DNA of 64,000 nt, taken from positions 59,386 to 123,385 of the forward strand of contig CAZCFY010000001.1 of the NCBI GenBank assembly GCA_964498095.1. Direction: 5' to 3'. The notes beneath the pieces are model-generated. The model saw only the letters and a program-made list of their open reading frames with translations, was not told the origin of the DNA and searched no databases. Position 1 is the first letter of the stretch, and every line of letters begins with the position of its first letter. The stretch comes from an uncultured Bdellovibrionales bacterium (GTDB lineage: Bacteria; Bdellovibrionota; Bdellovibrionia; Bdellovibrionales; SG-bin7). The translations under genes were made by a program, and so were the position numbers. Shown piece by piece: positions 55,905-64,000 of the stretch.

Positions 55905-56558
55905 TCAAAAACTCGTACCCAAATTGTCCGGCTTTGAAGAGCGTAAAAGGTTTTTGTTTTCATCAATTGTCCATGTGTCGAGACCAGTTAAAAAGCTTTC
56001 AGTGGCTATATCACAAACGCCCTCATCTAGGTGGGCATGGGCTTCAGCTAAAAACCCAGTCGAGTCAGCACCGGAACCAGCTGTGCCGCGGAACTGGATC
56101 AATCCATCTAAATTAAAACAGGCTGACGGGGCACAAGTCCATGTAATGCCACTGCTACAAATTGCGGCTCCGCCCACACCACATGTATTTATACAAGTTG
56201 CGCTTCCAAGCGGGCCACCATTGGCAGGCACAAACGCATTATCATTAAAAAATCCAAAATTATAGTACAACGTGCCATCGGCGCTGAAACCGATTTGATC
56301 AAGCCTTGAGGAATAGGAGTTATATTCCGCGAAAAATGTCTTTTCGAATACGTAGAGGTGGCCTAGAGTAGACCTAGCATCTGAAGCCTTGGCTCGCAAG
56401 AGGTAATTGTGAAAGTTTGGTATTGCAATCGAAGCTAAAATGCTAACAATTGCGATAGTCACCATCAAATCAATTATTGAAAAGCCATATTTACTGTCTG
56501 ATCTCGAGTTACAGAATTCGATAATCATTTCTTCCATTATCACCACTTTATTTTTCAA
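55905..56558 (-). CDS. Type IVa pilin-like protein (PilA-like)
   Basis: G|FSIIDLMVTIAIVSILASIAIPNF, RAKASDAR..L..LY..EK.FFAEYN.Y, Cys-rich C-terminus. Asp, not Glu, at +5. Confidence 0.85.
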   Translation of the reverse strand: MKNKVVIMEEMIIEFCNSRSDSKYGFSIIDLMVTIAIVSILASIAIPNFHNYLLRAKASDARSTLGHLYVFEKTFFAEYNSYSSRLDQIGFSADGTLYYNFGFFNDNAFVPANGGPLGSATCINTCGVGGAAICSSGITWTCAPSACFNLDGLIQFRGTAGSGADSTGFLAEAHAHLDEGVCDIATESFLTGLDTWTIDENKNLLRSSKPDNLGTSF

Positions 56559-56785
56559 TTGGAAAGATAAAATCTTACGAACCGCTGAAAGGGCTCCCCA
56601 TACAGTCTAAAACCAATCGTTGCAAATTGAGACCGCCGTCTCAAAAATGCGTGCAGATCTTTTATACGATTTTTGAGACTTAAACACCCCTCTATGTGCC
56701 ATAAGTATATATGCAGCAATGGGCCGGCATCTCAATTGCTTAATTGTTTCGTAGGTACCGGGGGACGGCGTATGAGGGATGTAAG

Positions 56786-56812
56786 GTTAATTTCGGCCCC
56801 CAATGCCGATAG
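56786..56812 (+). promoter_or_regulatory. Sigma28-like -10 GCCGATAG, 6 nt before ATG 56819
   Basis: 7/8 match to GCCGATAA. -35 is weak (GTTA at N15). Confidence 0.5.
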
Positions 56813-56818
56813 GTAAGA

Positions 56819-57559
56819 ATGAAGTTAAAAAATCAGGGTTTTTCGTTGATAAGTGTGATGGTAGCCGCTGGCGTTGGATTAATTGCGGCGACGGCCCTAA
56901 TTCAACAGATGGTAAATCAAGCTCGCATGATACGCCACCTCGAAAGCAAATTAGAAGCAAATCAGCTTAAACAAGAGCTTGCATTGATGTTAGGAGATGC
57001 TGCAAATTGTGACGCCAGTTTTGGTGGTTTAACCGGGTTGCAAGTAGGCAATATTGGGAGTGACGAATACTCTGATATTACCTCTCAGTTGACTGGTACA
57101 TCTAGACCTCTAAGTCAGTTAAAATCCAGCTATTCGCAAAACAATAGATTCCTCAACATAAACGAAGTAAGAATTTTTAAACCGGTAAACAAACTAGGAG
57201 GAGCCCCCAGTAATGCGTCTCCATATGAAATTAAAATTAAGGTGATTGTTCAAGAAAAAGGAGGTCTTGAGATGATTATGCAAATAGATGGGCCAACTAT
57301 CATACTTAATGTGACTGGCGGTACTATCGATGCTCCTGACGCCTGTGTAACTGGTGGGGGAAGCGCTCCATTTGACGTTAACCTACTAACCTGTAACCAA
57401 AGGGCCCACCCAGGCACGATCACTGCTGATCAGGTATGTAAAAACGAAAACGGGTTTTGTACCGGAACAAGGTATTTTTCCTCTTCGCTTGGAGAATGGG
57501 CTCCGAGAGACTGTACTTACACCCAAGCTGGCGGCTCAGTTCACTGCTGTACCTTTTAA
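56819..57559 (+). CDS. Minor pilin/pseudopilin with prepilin N-terminus
   Basis: KNQG|FSLISVMVAAGVG hydrophobic helix. Cys-rich C-terminus ending CC.F. Confidence 0.8.
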   Translation: MKLKNQGFSLISVMVAAGVGLIAATALIQQMVNQARMIRHLESKLEANQLKQELALMLGDAANCDASFGGLTGLQVGNIGSDEYSDITSQLTGTSRPLSQLKSSYSQNNRFLNINEVRIFKPVNKLGGAPSNASPYEIKIKVIVQEKGGLEMIMQIDGPTIILNVTGGTIDAPDACVTGGGSAPFDVNLLTCNQRAHPGTITADQVCKNENGFCTGTRYFSSSLGEWAPRDCTYTQAGGSVHCCTF

Positions 57560-57687
57560 TTGTCCTAACTCGAATTCAAACAAAAAGTGTTCGGTTCAAA
57601 CCAAAGCATACTGTAGCTAGCAGAAACCGTGTCTGCCCCTACCTTTGGAGAAGAACCAAAATTTGTAGCTTTAAGGAGATTGGCGAA

Positions 57688-57709
57688 GCCCGCGAAATTA
57701 CTCGCGGGC
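57688..57709 (-). terminator. Hairpin immediately downstream of tRNA-fMet
   Basis: GCCCGCGA-N6-TCGCGGGC, 5 nt past the CCA end. Confidence 0.55.
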
Positions 57710-57714
57710 CTCAT

Positions 57715-57791
<77 letters not shown>

Positions 57792-57854
57792 ACAAAATGA
57801 AAATGAGCAAAAGTCTAAAAAGAGACCTGACAATATAGGCTTATGTGTAAGGCG

Positions 57855-58802
57855 TCAACGATTTAAAAAGTATGCGTTTTGTTTGATTGCCTTATAACCT
57901 TGCACCTGCTTTGCGCCCTTTTCTTTAGGAAACCGCGCCCATTGGTAGACACAGTTCTTAGAGCAAAGCTCATTAAGGCTTGGGTCGTTTTGGCAATTAT
58001 CGCAAATCTTATAATTCGTATTGCAACGCTTGCACGACTGAATATTCTGCGCCGGCTGACCGCAATGGGGGCAAAACGCATATTTTTGCGAAGGATCAAG
58101 GTTTTGGTCCACAGCTACACGCTCGTCAAAAACAAAACATTCGCCCTCAAATAATTCGTTAGGAAATTCCTCTAAATAGTTGAGAATCCCATCTTTTAAC
58201 TGAAAAACATTATGATAGCCCAGATCCTGCAAATTCTTGTTCCCTTTTTCGCAGCGTATACCGCCCGTACAGTACATCAGAATTTTTTTATCTTTGGGTA
58301 TATTGAGCTGGCGAAATTTTTCTTGGAATTCGGTGAACTCATCAATTTTTAAATCAATCGCCCCCTTAAACATACCGATGCGGTTTTCATACCAGTTGCG
58401 GGTGTCGACTACGATGGGGTTTTCACTTTTAATAGTCTCATGCCATTCTTTTGCGCTCAGATGTTTTGGGTTGTGAAGAGACGGTTCGTAATCGGGGATA
58501 TTAAGCGTTACGATTTCTTTGCGGATCGCCACTTTTATTATGCGGAAAACCTGTTTCGGCGCGTGGGAGTCCTTGAATTCAGTAAGTTTGATCCCGTAGC
58601 GGGCCCCAATATCTTGTTTAAAATTGTTCATGACTTGTTCCGAGGGGCCGCAAACCGTGGAGTTGATCCCTTCGGTGGCCAGTAATATCAGCCCTTTAAT
58701 TTCGCGGGCCTTACAATAATTCTTCCAGAATTCTTGCTCGGTTTTTAATTTTTCTTGTGGAATTTTTGTGAACTTATAAAAAGTCGTAATAAAGTACTTC
58801 AT
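57855..58802 (-). CDS. trhO: Rhodanese-related tRNA U34 hydroxylase (TrhO/YceA)
   Basis: FYKF, GLILLA.EGIN.T, DTRN.YE..IG.F, MYCTGGIRCEK, L..GIL.YLE, GECFVFDERV. Confidence 0.92.
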   Translation of the reverse strand: MKYFITTFYKFTKIPQEKLKTEQEFWKNYCKAREIKGLILLATEGINSTVCGPSEQVMNNFKQDIGARYGIKLTEFKDSHAPKQVFRIIKVAIRKEIVTLNIPDYEPSLHNPKHLSAKEWHETIKSENPIVVDTRNWYENRIGMFKGAIDLKIDEFTEFQEKFRQLNIPKDKKILMYCTGGIRCEKGNKNLQDLGYHNVFQLKDGILNYLEEFPNELFEGECFVFDERVAVDQNLDPSQKYAFCPHCGQPAQNIQSCKRCNTNYKICDNCQNDPSLNELCSKNCVYQWARFPKEKGAKQVQGYKAIKQNAYFLNR

Positions 58803-58897
58803 AGCATCCCCCCTCCAAAGATGGGCCTATAAGTAAATCAATAGGTCTTAAATTTTAGGGGTAAATTAATGGATGAAGGCTTTTTGGTCAAATATGT

Positions 58898-59284
58898 TTA
58901 TTGGCCATTAGCCACATTTTGTATGGCAGTCTGTAATTGGGTGGCAATGGCGGGATACGATCCACCGGGGTGGGGAGAACCGGCTTGGATTTGTCGTACT
59001 ATTGTACTCGATGCGGGGTCATTCCAATTGATGACAGGAAAAGCAGCTTCATAAGCTTGCGCGGCATTCGTGACGGCAAAAAGAGGTGACTCTGCATTCC
59101 CATGGCAAGCGGCGCAATTGGTTCTTAAAATAGGGAGGATTTGCGCGGTAAAACCCGAGAGCTTAGAAGAATCCAAAGAGGCGGCATCATGTTGCGGTTC
59201 CGTAAAATCGGCACAGTTTTGAAAAGCGGTTAAGATTATAACGACGACACCAAAGAGCGCTAAAAAACTTTTGGGTTTGCGCAC
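58898..59284 (-). CDS. Monoheme c-type cytochrome lipoprotein
   Basis: AFQNC lipobox, ILPIL..NCAACHG. GTG start with GGAGG. Confidence 0.78.
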   Translation of the reverse strand: MRKPKSFLALFGVVVIILTAFQNCADFTEPQHDAASLDSSKLSGFTAQILPILRTNCAACHGNAESPLFAVTNAAQAYEAAFPVINWNDPASSTIVRQIQAGSPHPGGSYPAIATQLQTAIQNVANGQ

Positions 59285-59311
59285 GATACTTCCTCCGGCA
59301 CTGATAATATT

Positions 59312-59338
59312 ATATCGGATTAATACGGCTAGACCTTA
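59312..59338 (-). promoter_or_regulatory. Sigma28-like promoter TAAG-N15-TCCGATAT
   Basis: Consensus spacing, 27 nt upstream of GTG 59284. Confidence 0.6.
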
Positions 59339-59461
59339 GACCTTCATCGGGGTTTTTTTGTTTTTCAAAAAGCCTTGGGATTTAGCGCAATTAAACTGTC
59401 TCATTTTGATAAAATTTGTTGGCGAGATTAGGGTTTTTAGGCAAAATAACTCTTAATCAAT

Positions 59462-61060
59462 ATGTTAAGCGCCTTGTTCTTTATCGTGATGACTTTGTTT
59501 AGCCCAAGCAATTCTCAAGCTGAGCCCTGGGTTTCCAACCGTTTTGCGCAAAACTGTTCTTCATGTCACTCGCCCAATCGCAATAACGTGCCGCTTTTAC
59601 AGCGCCGCTGCACGCTCTCTTGCCAAGGCTGTCACGTTAATCCAAATGGCGGAGGAATGCGTAACCGCTATGGCGCTTGGAACCAAAACCGATTTTTACG
59701 TTCTTTCTATTGGCCAAAAGCGATGGGCATTCAAGACGATTATAAAATGCCTGCGCCCGTCGAGCAGCAGCTATATCACGAAAAGGTAAAAACCGACGCC
59801 GAACGTGATTTAGAACTGCTCGCCAAGGCGACCAAAAAGAAAGATGATAAGAAGGGCAAAAAGGGTAAGGGAAAAGAAAAATCCAAAGAAGAAAAATTAG
59901 AGGCGGCCAAAGAAAAAAAGAAAAATAAATATGGCACGCTGGCCGATATCGTTGCCAATGGTTACCCGCTTGTGACCACAGATAATCTTGATTACAACGA
60001 CGCAATTTACGACGACAAAAAAGATTGGCGCGTAACTCCGGATCGTAATGGTTTTATGAAGCGCCTGACGAAAGGCGATCCTTATCGCGAAGAACTTTCG
60101 TTGCCGATTTATGGGAGCGGTGATTTTAGATATTTCTTCATTAGTCAAACCGGGGACGGCGCGAGCGCGAGCTTTAAAGATCAATGGAAAAACTTTTTGA
60201 TGAGCGTGGATTTGGATTTCCGCATGCGTCCCGTAAAACGCTTTTTGTCTTTTGTGTTTGAGACGCGGTTTTTTGGTCAGCCGTTAAATCCTGATATCGA
60301 AGGTACTTTTTTAACATCTAATAGCGTCCGCACCCGTTCGGCCTATTTCTTAATTGATGAGATTCCTTTTAACACCTACGTCATGGGCGGAATTTACCGG
60401 CCCTTATTTGGTCACTACACTCCGGATCATACCGCGCTCGCGCAAGTGCTATCAGGGTTTGGGCAAAACACGGCGCTTAAGACGCTTTCCATTGGAACAG
60501 CTCCCAACGTGCCTTTCTTGTACGTGCATAAAGTTTTTCCGCATGACACTGAAGATCTTGATAACAACGGCGTTCACAAAGGAGCTGATGCTACGGTAAT
60601 AAACTTAGGCGGCCGCTTTGTGACGATGGGGCTCTCGGGCATGCTTTCTCTTTGGCGCGGGACTTACAAATTAAATAACGATACGCTAAAAAACGAAATG
60701 ACCTCTTTGACTTTGAGTGGTTTTTTTATTCGCCGTTTGATTTTAAATTTTGAACTCTTGCGCATCGAGCGGGAATTTCAGCCCGGCCGAAAAGATGCCG
60801 GTCTGGTTTATAGTCTTGAGTCCAAGTACCGTTTGTGGCGCGAAAATTACGCGCAATTTAACTATGCCGCCTCCAACGTAGCCCGTGACATGAAAGAGGG
60901 CGAAAGTTCGCAAATGGGTGTTGGCCTCAAATCGATGGTTTATTCGGGGTTAGAATTAGAACTGATGATGATAATGAATTCAAACACGCGCGTCAGCGGA
61001 GTTACCAGCACTACGACGGACTACACGACGATGCAGTTTCAAACGCACTTTTTCTTTTAA
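59462..61060 (+). CDS. Di-heme cytochrome c fused to a putative outer-membrane beta-barrel
   Basis: Signal peptide, CSSCH and CQGCH, amphipathic strands, terminal FQTHFFF. Confidence 0.7.
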   Translation: MLSALFFIVMTLFSPSNSQAEPWVSNRFAQNCSSCHSPNRNNVPLLQRRCTLSCQGCHVNPNGGGMRNRYGAWNQNRFLRSFYWPKAMGIQDDYKMPAPVEQQLYHEKVKTDAERDLELLAKATKKKDDKKGKKGKGKEKSKEEKLEAAKEKKKNKYGTLADIVANGYPLVTTDNLDYNDAIYDDKKDWRVTPDRNGFMKRLTKGDPYREELSLPIYGSGDFRYFFISQTGDGASASFKDQWKNFLMSVDLDFRMRPVKRFLSFVFETRFFGQPLNPDIEGTFLTSNSVRTRSAYFLIDEIPFNTYVMGGIYRPLFGHYTPDHTALAQVLSGFGQNTALKTLSIGTAPNVPFLYVHKVFPHDTEDLDNNGVHKGADATVINLGGRFVTMGLSGMLSLWRGTYKLNNDTLKNEMTSLTLSGFFIRRLILNFELLRIEREFQPGRKDAGLVYSLESKYRLWRENYAQFNYAASNVARDMKEGESSQMGVGLKSMVYSGLELELMMIMNSNTRVSGVTSTTTDYTTMQFQTHFFF

Positions 61061-62046
61061 GCTACTTTTTTCTTATTATTGGCATCGCGCTCAACGATAG
61101 CTTTAAGCGCCATAAACGCTTCGCGATTATACGGACGGCCTTGAACGTTTTCGATAAAGCTTAAAGCTTCATGCGGAGTTTTTACCTTGGGTAAATTTAC
61201 GTTCGGGATGGTGAGGTTTACAAAAGCGTTAGCAAGAGCCACAACGCGCGCTAAGGGATTAATGCGGACTTCTCTTAAGCGGCGCGGGAAGCCCTGGCCA
61301 AAGGAGTTTTCGTGATGTTCATACACGATGGCAATGACGTCATCGGGTATCGACGGTACACTTTGCAGAATCTGGACGCCACGGTAAGGGTGAGTTTCAT
61401 ACTCGACAATTTCATCGTGCGTGTAATCCATGCGCGGTTTATTTAAGAGTTCACTGGATAACTCTTTTTTGCCAATATCATGGAGCATTCCGCCTAAAGC
61501 GATTTTTTCGATGGTTTGATCTTTTTGCCAATTAAGTTCGCGGCCAACCATCGCCGCAATGGCGCTTACCGCGATACAGTGATCAATTAAACGGTCATTA
61601 CAGAGTGTGAGCCCCGCCATGATCTGCGTAAGTTCTGGTTTTTGATCTACCATCTTAACGATGGAGTTTGTTATGGCTTTTGCGTGCGAATAAGTTTCTT
61701 GCGAAAATCCAAAGCGTTCGATTTCAGAAAAGACGGAGTTAGCTGTAAGAGCTAAGATGGAGGCTTTGCTTTTTGGCGGAATCTGTTTTGGCCCAGCCAG
61801 CATTGTTTGCGCCGTTTGCACCGTGCGCGTAACAAATTTTCGGTACTCGGTCTTTTTTACCCATACTTCCTCAAGGTGCTCTTGCGCTTCTTGCGAGAGT
61901 CCGGCCGTTGCCGCCGTCATGCCTGCTTTGATTACCAGCAAAAATTTGCCATTTGGTAACCGAATGTAAAGATCAAATGGCACGCGCGGAAGTTCCGCAA
62001 ATTCCCTGATTGAAACTGAAATCAATTGGTCTATACTGAGGTCCAT
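61057..62046 (-). CDS. HD-GYP domain protein
   Basis: DHC, MLHDIGK, HP..G, HHENSFGQGFP (GYP to GFP). Confidence 0.9.
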   Translation of the reverse strand: MDLSIDQLISVSIREFAELPRVPFDLYIRLPNGKFLLVIKAGMTAATAGLSQEAQEHLEEVWVKKTEYRKFVTRTVQTAQTMLAGPKQIPPKSKASILALTANSVFSEIERFGFSQETYSHAKAITNSIVKMVDQKPELTQIMAGLTLCNDRLIDHCIAVSAIAAMVGRELNWQKDQTIEKIALGGMLHDIGKKELSSELLNKPRMDYTHDEIVEYETHPYRGVQILQSVPSIPDDVIAIVYEHHENSFGQGFPRRLREVRINPLARVVALANAFVNLTIPNVNLPKVKTPHEALSFIENVQGRPYNREAFMALKAIVERDANNKKKVA

Positions 62047-62052
62047 GAGTTC

Positions 62053-62079
62053 TTATCGGACGTCTCAATTTATTACTTA
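62053..62079 (-). promoter_or_regulatory. Sigma28-like promoter TAAG-N15-TCCGATAA
   Basis: Near-consensus. 6 nt before ATG 62046. Confidence 0.68.
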
Positions 62080-62094
62080 AACGGAAATTAGACC

Positions 62095-62949
62095 ATGGCC
62101 CAACCTCTCAATATTCAAAATTTAGTTAAGGATTACGCCAAAATACGCGCGGTTGATAATGTAACTTTTGAGGTTCGTGCCGGCGAAGTATTTGGTCTTC
62201 TTGGACCCAATGGTGCGGGAAAGACAACGATTATTTCAACGATTACTACGCTTGAAAAACCAACCTCAGGACAGGTCGAGGTCTTTGGTGTGGATGTCAC
62301 GCGCGAACCCAAAAAAGCTAAATCTTTTTTTGGTGTTGTGCCGCAAGAAATAGTTCATCAAGGATTTTTTTCGATTCGCGAGATACTGCAAATTTATTCT
62401 GGCTTTCACGGTATAATGAATAACGAAGAACAGATTAATTTTTTGTTAGAAAAACTTGATTTGCAGCAATACTCAGGACGCATGGTAAAACAATTAAGCG
62501 GCGGGATGAAGCGGCGGTTAATGATTGCCAAAGCGCTGGTGCATAAACCGCGTTTATTACTTTTGGATGAACCCACCGCCGGTGTTGACATCGAACTTCG
62601 CCATTCACTTTGGGATTTCGTCGAAGAACTGCGTAAAGAGGGGATTACGATATTGCTGACCACCCATTATCTCGAGGAAGCCGAAAAGCTTTGCGACCGT
62701 GTTGGGATAATTCATAAAGGTAAGTTTGTAAAAATTGGCCCGACAAAGGAACTCGTGCGCGAACTGACTGACCGCCAGATCCGCATTGAACTCAAAGACG
62801 GAAGTGTTACCAGTTACGCGATTCCTTCCCAGCAAAAAATTGGGGATTTCTTTTTAAAACATAATATTCCCGTGGACCGCATTAGCGACATTCATATCGA
62901 AGAAGGTAAACTTGAACATGCGTTTCAGAGATTAGTGGGGCAGTCATGA
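62095..62949 (+). CDS. ABC transporter ATP-binding protein (YadG-like)
   Basis: GPNGAGKT, LSGGMKRR, LLDEPT, TTHY. Confidence 0.93.
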   Translation: MAQPLNIQNLVKDYAKIRAVDNVTFEVRAGEVFGLLGPNGAGKTTIISTITTLEKPTSGQVEVFGVDVTREPKKAKSFFGVVPQEIVHQGFFSIREILQIYSGFHGIMNNEEQINFLLEKLDLQQYSGRMVKQLSGGMKRRLMIAKALVHKPRLLLLDEPTAGVDIELRHSLWDFVEELRKEGITILLTTHYLEEAEKLCDRVGIIHKGKFVKIGPTKELVRELTDRQIRIELKDGSVTSYAIPSQQKIGDFFLKHNIPVDRISDIHIEEGKLEHAFQRLVGQS

Positions 62950-63758
62950 GCGCCGGGCAAACAAAGATCGAGCGCGAACTTACCTGGACGCCTTTTTGGG
63001 CGCTAACTTTTCGTGAGGTGCGCCGCTTTTTAAAAGTGGCCGTGCAGACTGTTTACATGCCCATCGTAAATTCGAGCCTTTACTTATTAATTTTTGGCGT
63101 GAGTATTGGGCAATATATTACGCTTCCCAATGGCCTAAGCTATTTGGCCTTTTTAATTCCGGGCTTGGTGATGATGGGTGCACTTAACAATGCTCTGATG
63201 AATTCTTCGGGATCCATTATCACCGCAAAGTTTTCCGGCGAACTTGAAGACATTCGCGTTGTGCCGCTTTCCACGCAAAACATTGTCTGGGCCATGGCAA
63301 TCGGCGCCTTAGTTCGCGGGTTTATCGTTGGCCTAATTACGTTTTTGGTCGGGGCTGTTTTTCATTGGATTATGAAAGGCGAATTTTTAACAATTAAACA
63401 TCCGGTTTACTTAATTTATTTTCTGGCGATGGGAAATTTAGCGTTTGGCAAACTGGGTATCGCGGTGGCAATTTGGTCGCGTAACTTTGATCACGTCGCC
63501 ACGGTTACGGCTCTCATCGTCACACCACTTTTATATTTAGGCGGTGTTTTCTATTCGCTAAAAAGCTTAAGTCCTTTTTGGCAGGCGGTTTCGCACTTTA
63601 ATCCGTTAGTATATATGATTAATGGCGTGCGCTTTGGAATTCTCGGCGTCAGCGATGTCGATATGGTACTTTGCCTTTTTGTAGTCGCTATTGCGCTTGT
63701 CATTAGCCACGTTTTGGCCTTGGCAAGTCTCCGCTACGGCTCCTATAATCGCTGGTAG
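62946..63758 (+). CDS. ABC-2 type permease (YadH-like)
   Basis: REVRRF, FLIPGL.MM, PL.YLGGVFYS...L..FW..VS..NP..YM.NG.R. Confidence 0.92.
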   Translation: MSAGQTKIERELTWTPFWALTFREVRRFLKVAVQTVYMPIVNSSLYLLIFGVSIGQYITLPNGLSYLAFLIPGLVMMGALNNALMNSSGSIITAKFSGELEDIRVVPLSTQNIVWAMAIGALVRGFIVGLITFLVGAVFHWIMKGEFLTIKHPVYLIYFLAMGNLAFGKLGIAVAIWSRNFDHVATVTALIVTPLLYLGGVFYSLKSLSPFWQAVSHFNPLVYMINGVRFGILGVSDVDMVLCLFVVAIALVISHVLALASLRYGSYNRW

Positions 63759-63762
63759 TAAT

Positions 63763-63794
63763 AGGTAACAGTTCCCTTTCCTCGATGCGAAGCA
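63763..63794. repeat. 32-bp dispersed intergenic repeat, copy B
   Basis: aggtaacagttccctttcctcgatgcgaagca; 29/32 identical to 11789-11820. Confidence 0.85.
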
Positions 63795-63815
63795 ATAAAG
63801 ACCACAGGAGGCAAT

Positions 63816-64000
63816 ATGAAGTTCGCAATTGTTTTTTTAATATTCATGGGCCAACAGATTTTAGCTTCAACGCTTGATCTTGTTTACACAAAACTCCCGA
63901 CCCTTCATTTGCGCGGACAAAACGCCGCCAGCGTGGAGTGTACCGTCGACGTTCGCTACACCTTTAAACCCAAAGGTGAACCCTCTGACGATCAAACAAA
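63816..64000 (+). CDS. Secreted hypothetical protein (runs off the window)
   Basis: GGAGG RBS, MKFAIVFLIFMGQQILAS signal. No stop before 64000. Confidence 0.6.
   Translation, partial: MKFAIVFLIFMGQQILASTLDLVYTKLPTLHLRGQNAASVECTVDVRYTFKPKGEPSDDQT

Larger units (their letters stand above)
54171..57714. mobile_element. Genomic island A adjacent to tRNA-fMet
   Basis: Between the tRNA 3' end and the 46-bp duplicate. Carries two pilin-like and two small secreted genes; no integrase. Confidence 0.7.

Noticed and set aside
55705-56265. 186-aa plus-strand ORF
   Set aside because: Mostly antisense to the clearly recognisable pilin gene.

Overview
Bacterial chromosomal window, probably Bdellovibrionota. 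This is an inference from the FQNC-type lipoprotein signals, Bdellovibrio-style pilin and HD-GYP proteins and many small secreted orphans. Bases 1-30 k hold mixed housekeeping and secreted-protein genes: SDR, hybrid kinases, parvulin, patatin-like protein, PA2778/PA2779 pair, M1 peptidase, RAYT transposase, P-type ATPase and Uup. Bases ~28.8-39.4 k are a dense two-component/phosphorelay cluster of 10 signalling genes plus an XRE gene. Bases 39.9-44.1 k hold a P-type ATPase, a membrane LuxR regulator, cytochrome b and a PepSY gene. Bases ~44.2-57.8 k are an accessory region downstream of an intact tRNA-fMet (57715-57791, minus). Two extra copies of the tRNA 3' end (48727-48785, 54171-54216) mark tandem island integrations, with no intact integrase in view. 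The most unusual feature is two diverged, colinear ~510-bp non-coding elements (50366-50883, 53084-53591). Each is bounded by inverted 27-bp sites with palindromic cores and has an extended -10 motif at the same offset plus a 57/58-bp identical, foldable core. Together they flank a secreted FAD/NAD-binding protein gene. Also notable are four genes with a sigma28-like -10 octamer exactly 6 nt before the ATG, three island proteins sharing a post-signal C-x-x-(L/V)-F motif, a Cys-nucleophile patatin, and a di-heme cytochrome/porin fusion. No CRISPR array or rRNA was seen. All family calls come from motif recognition, not database searches.
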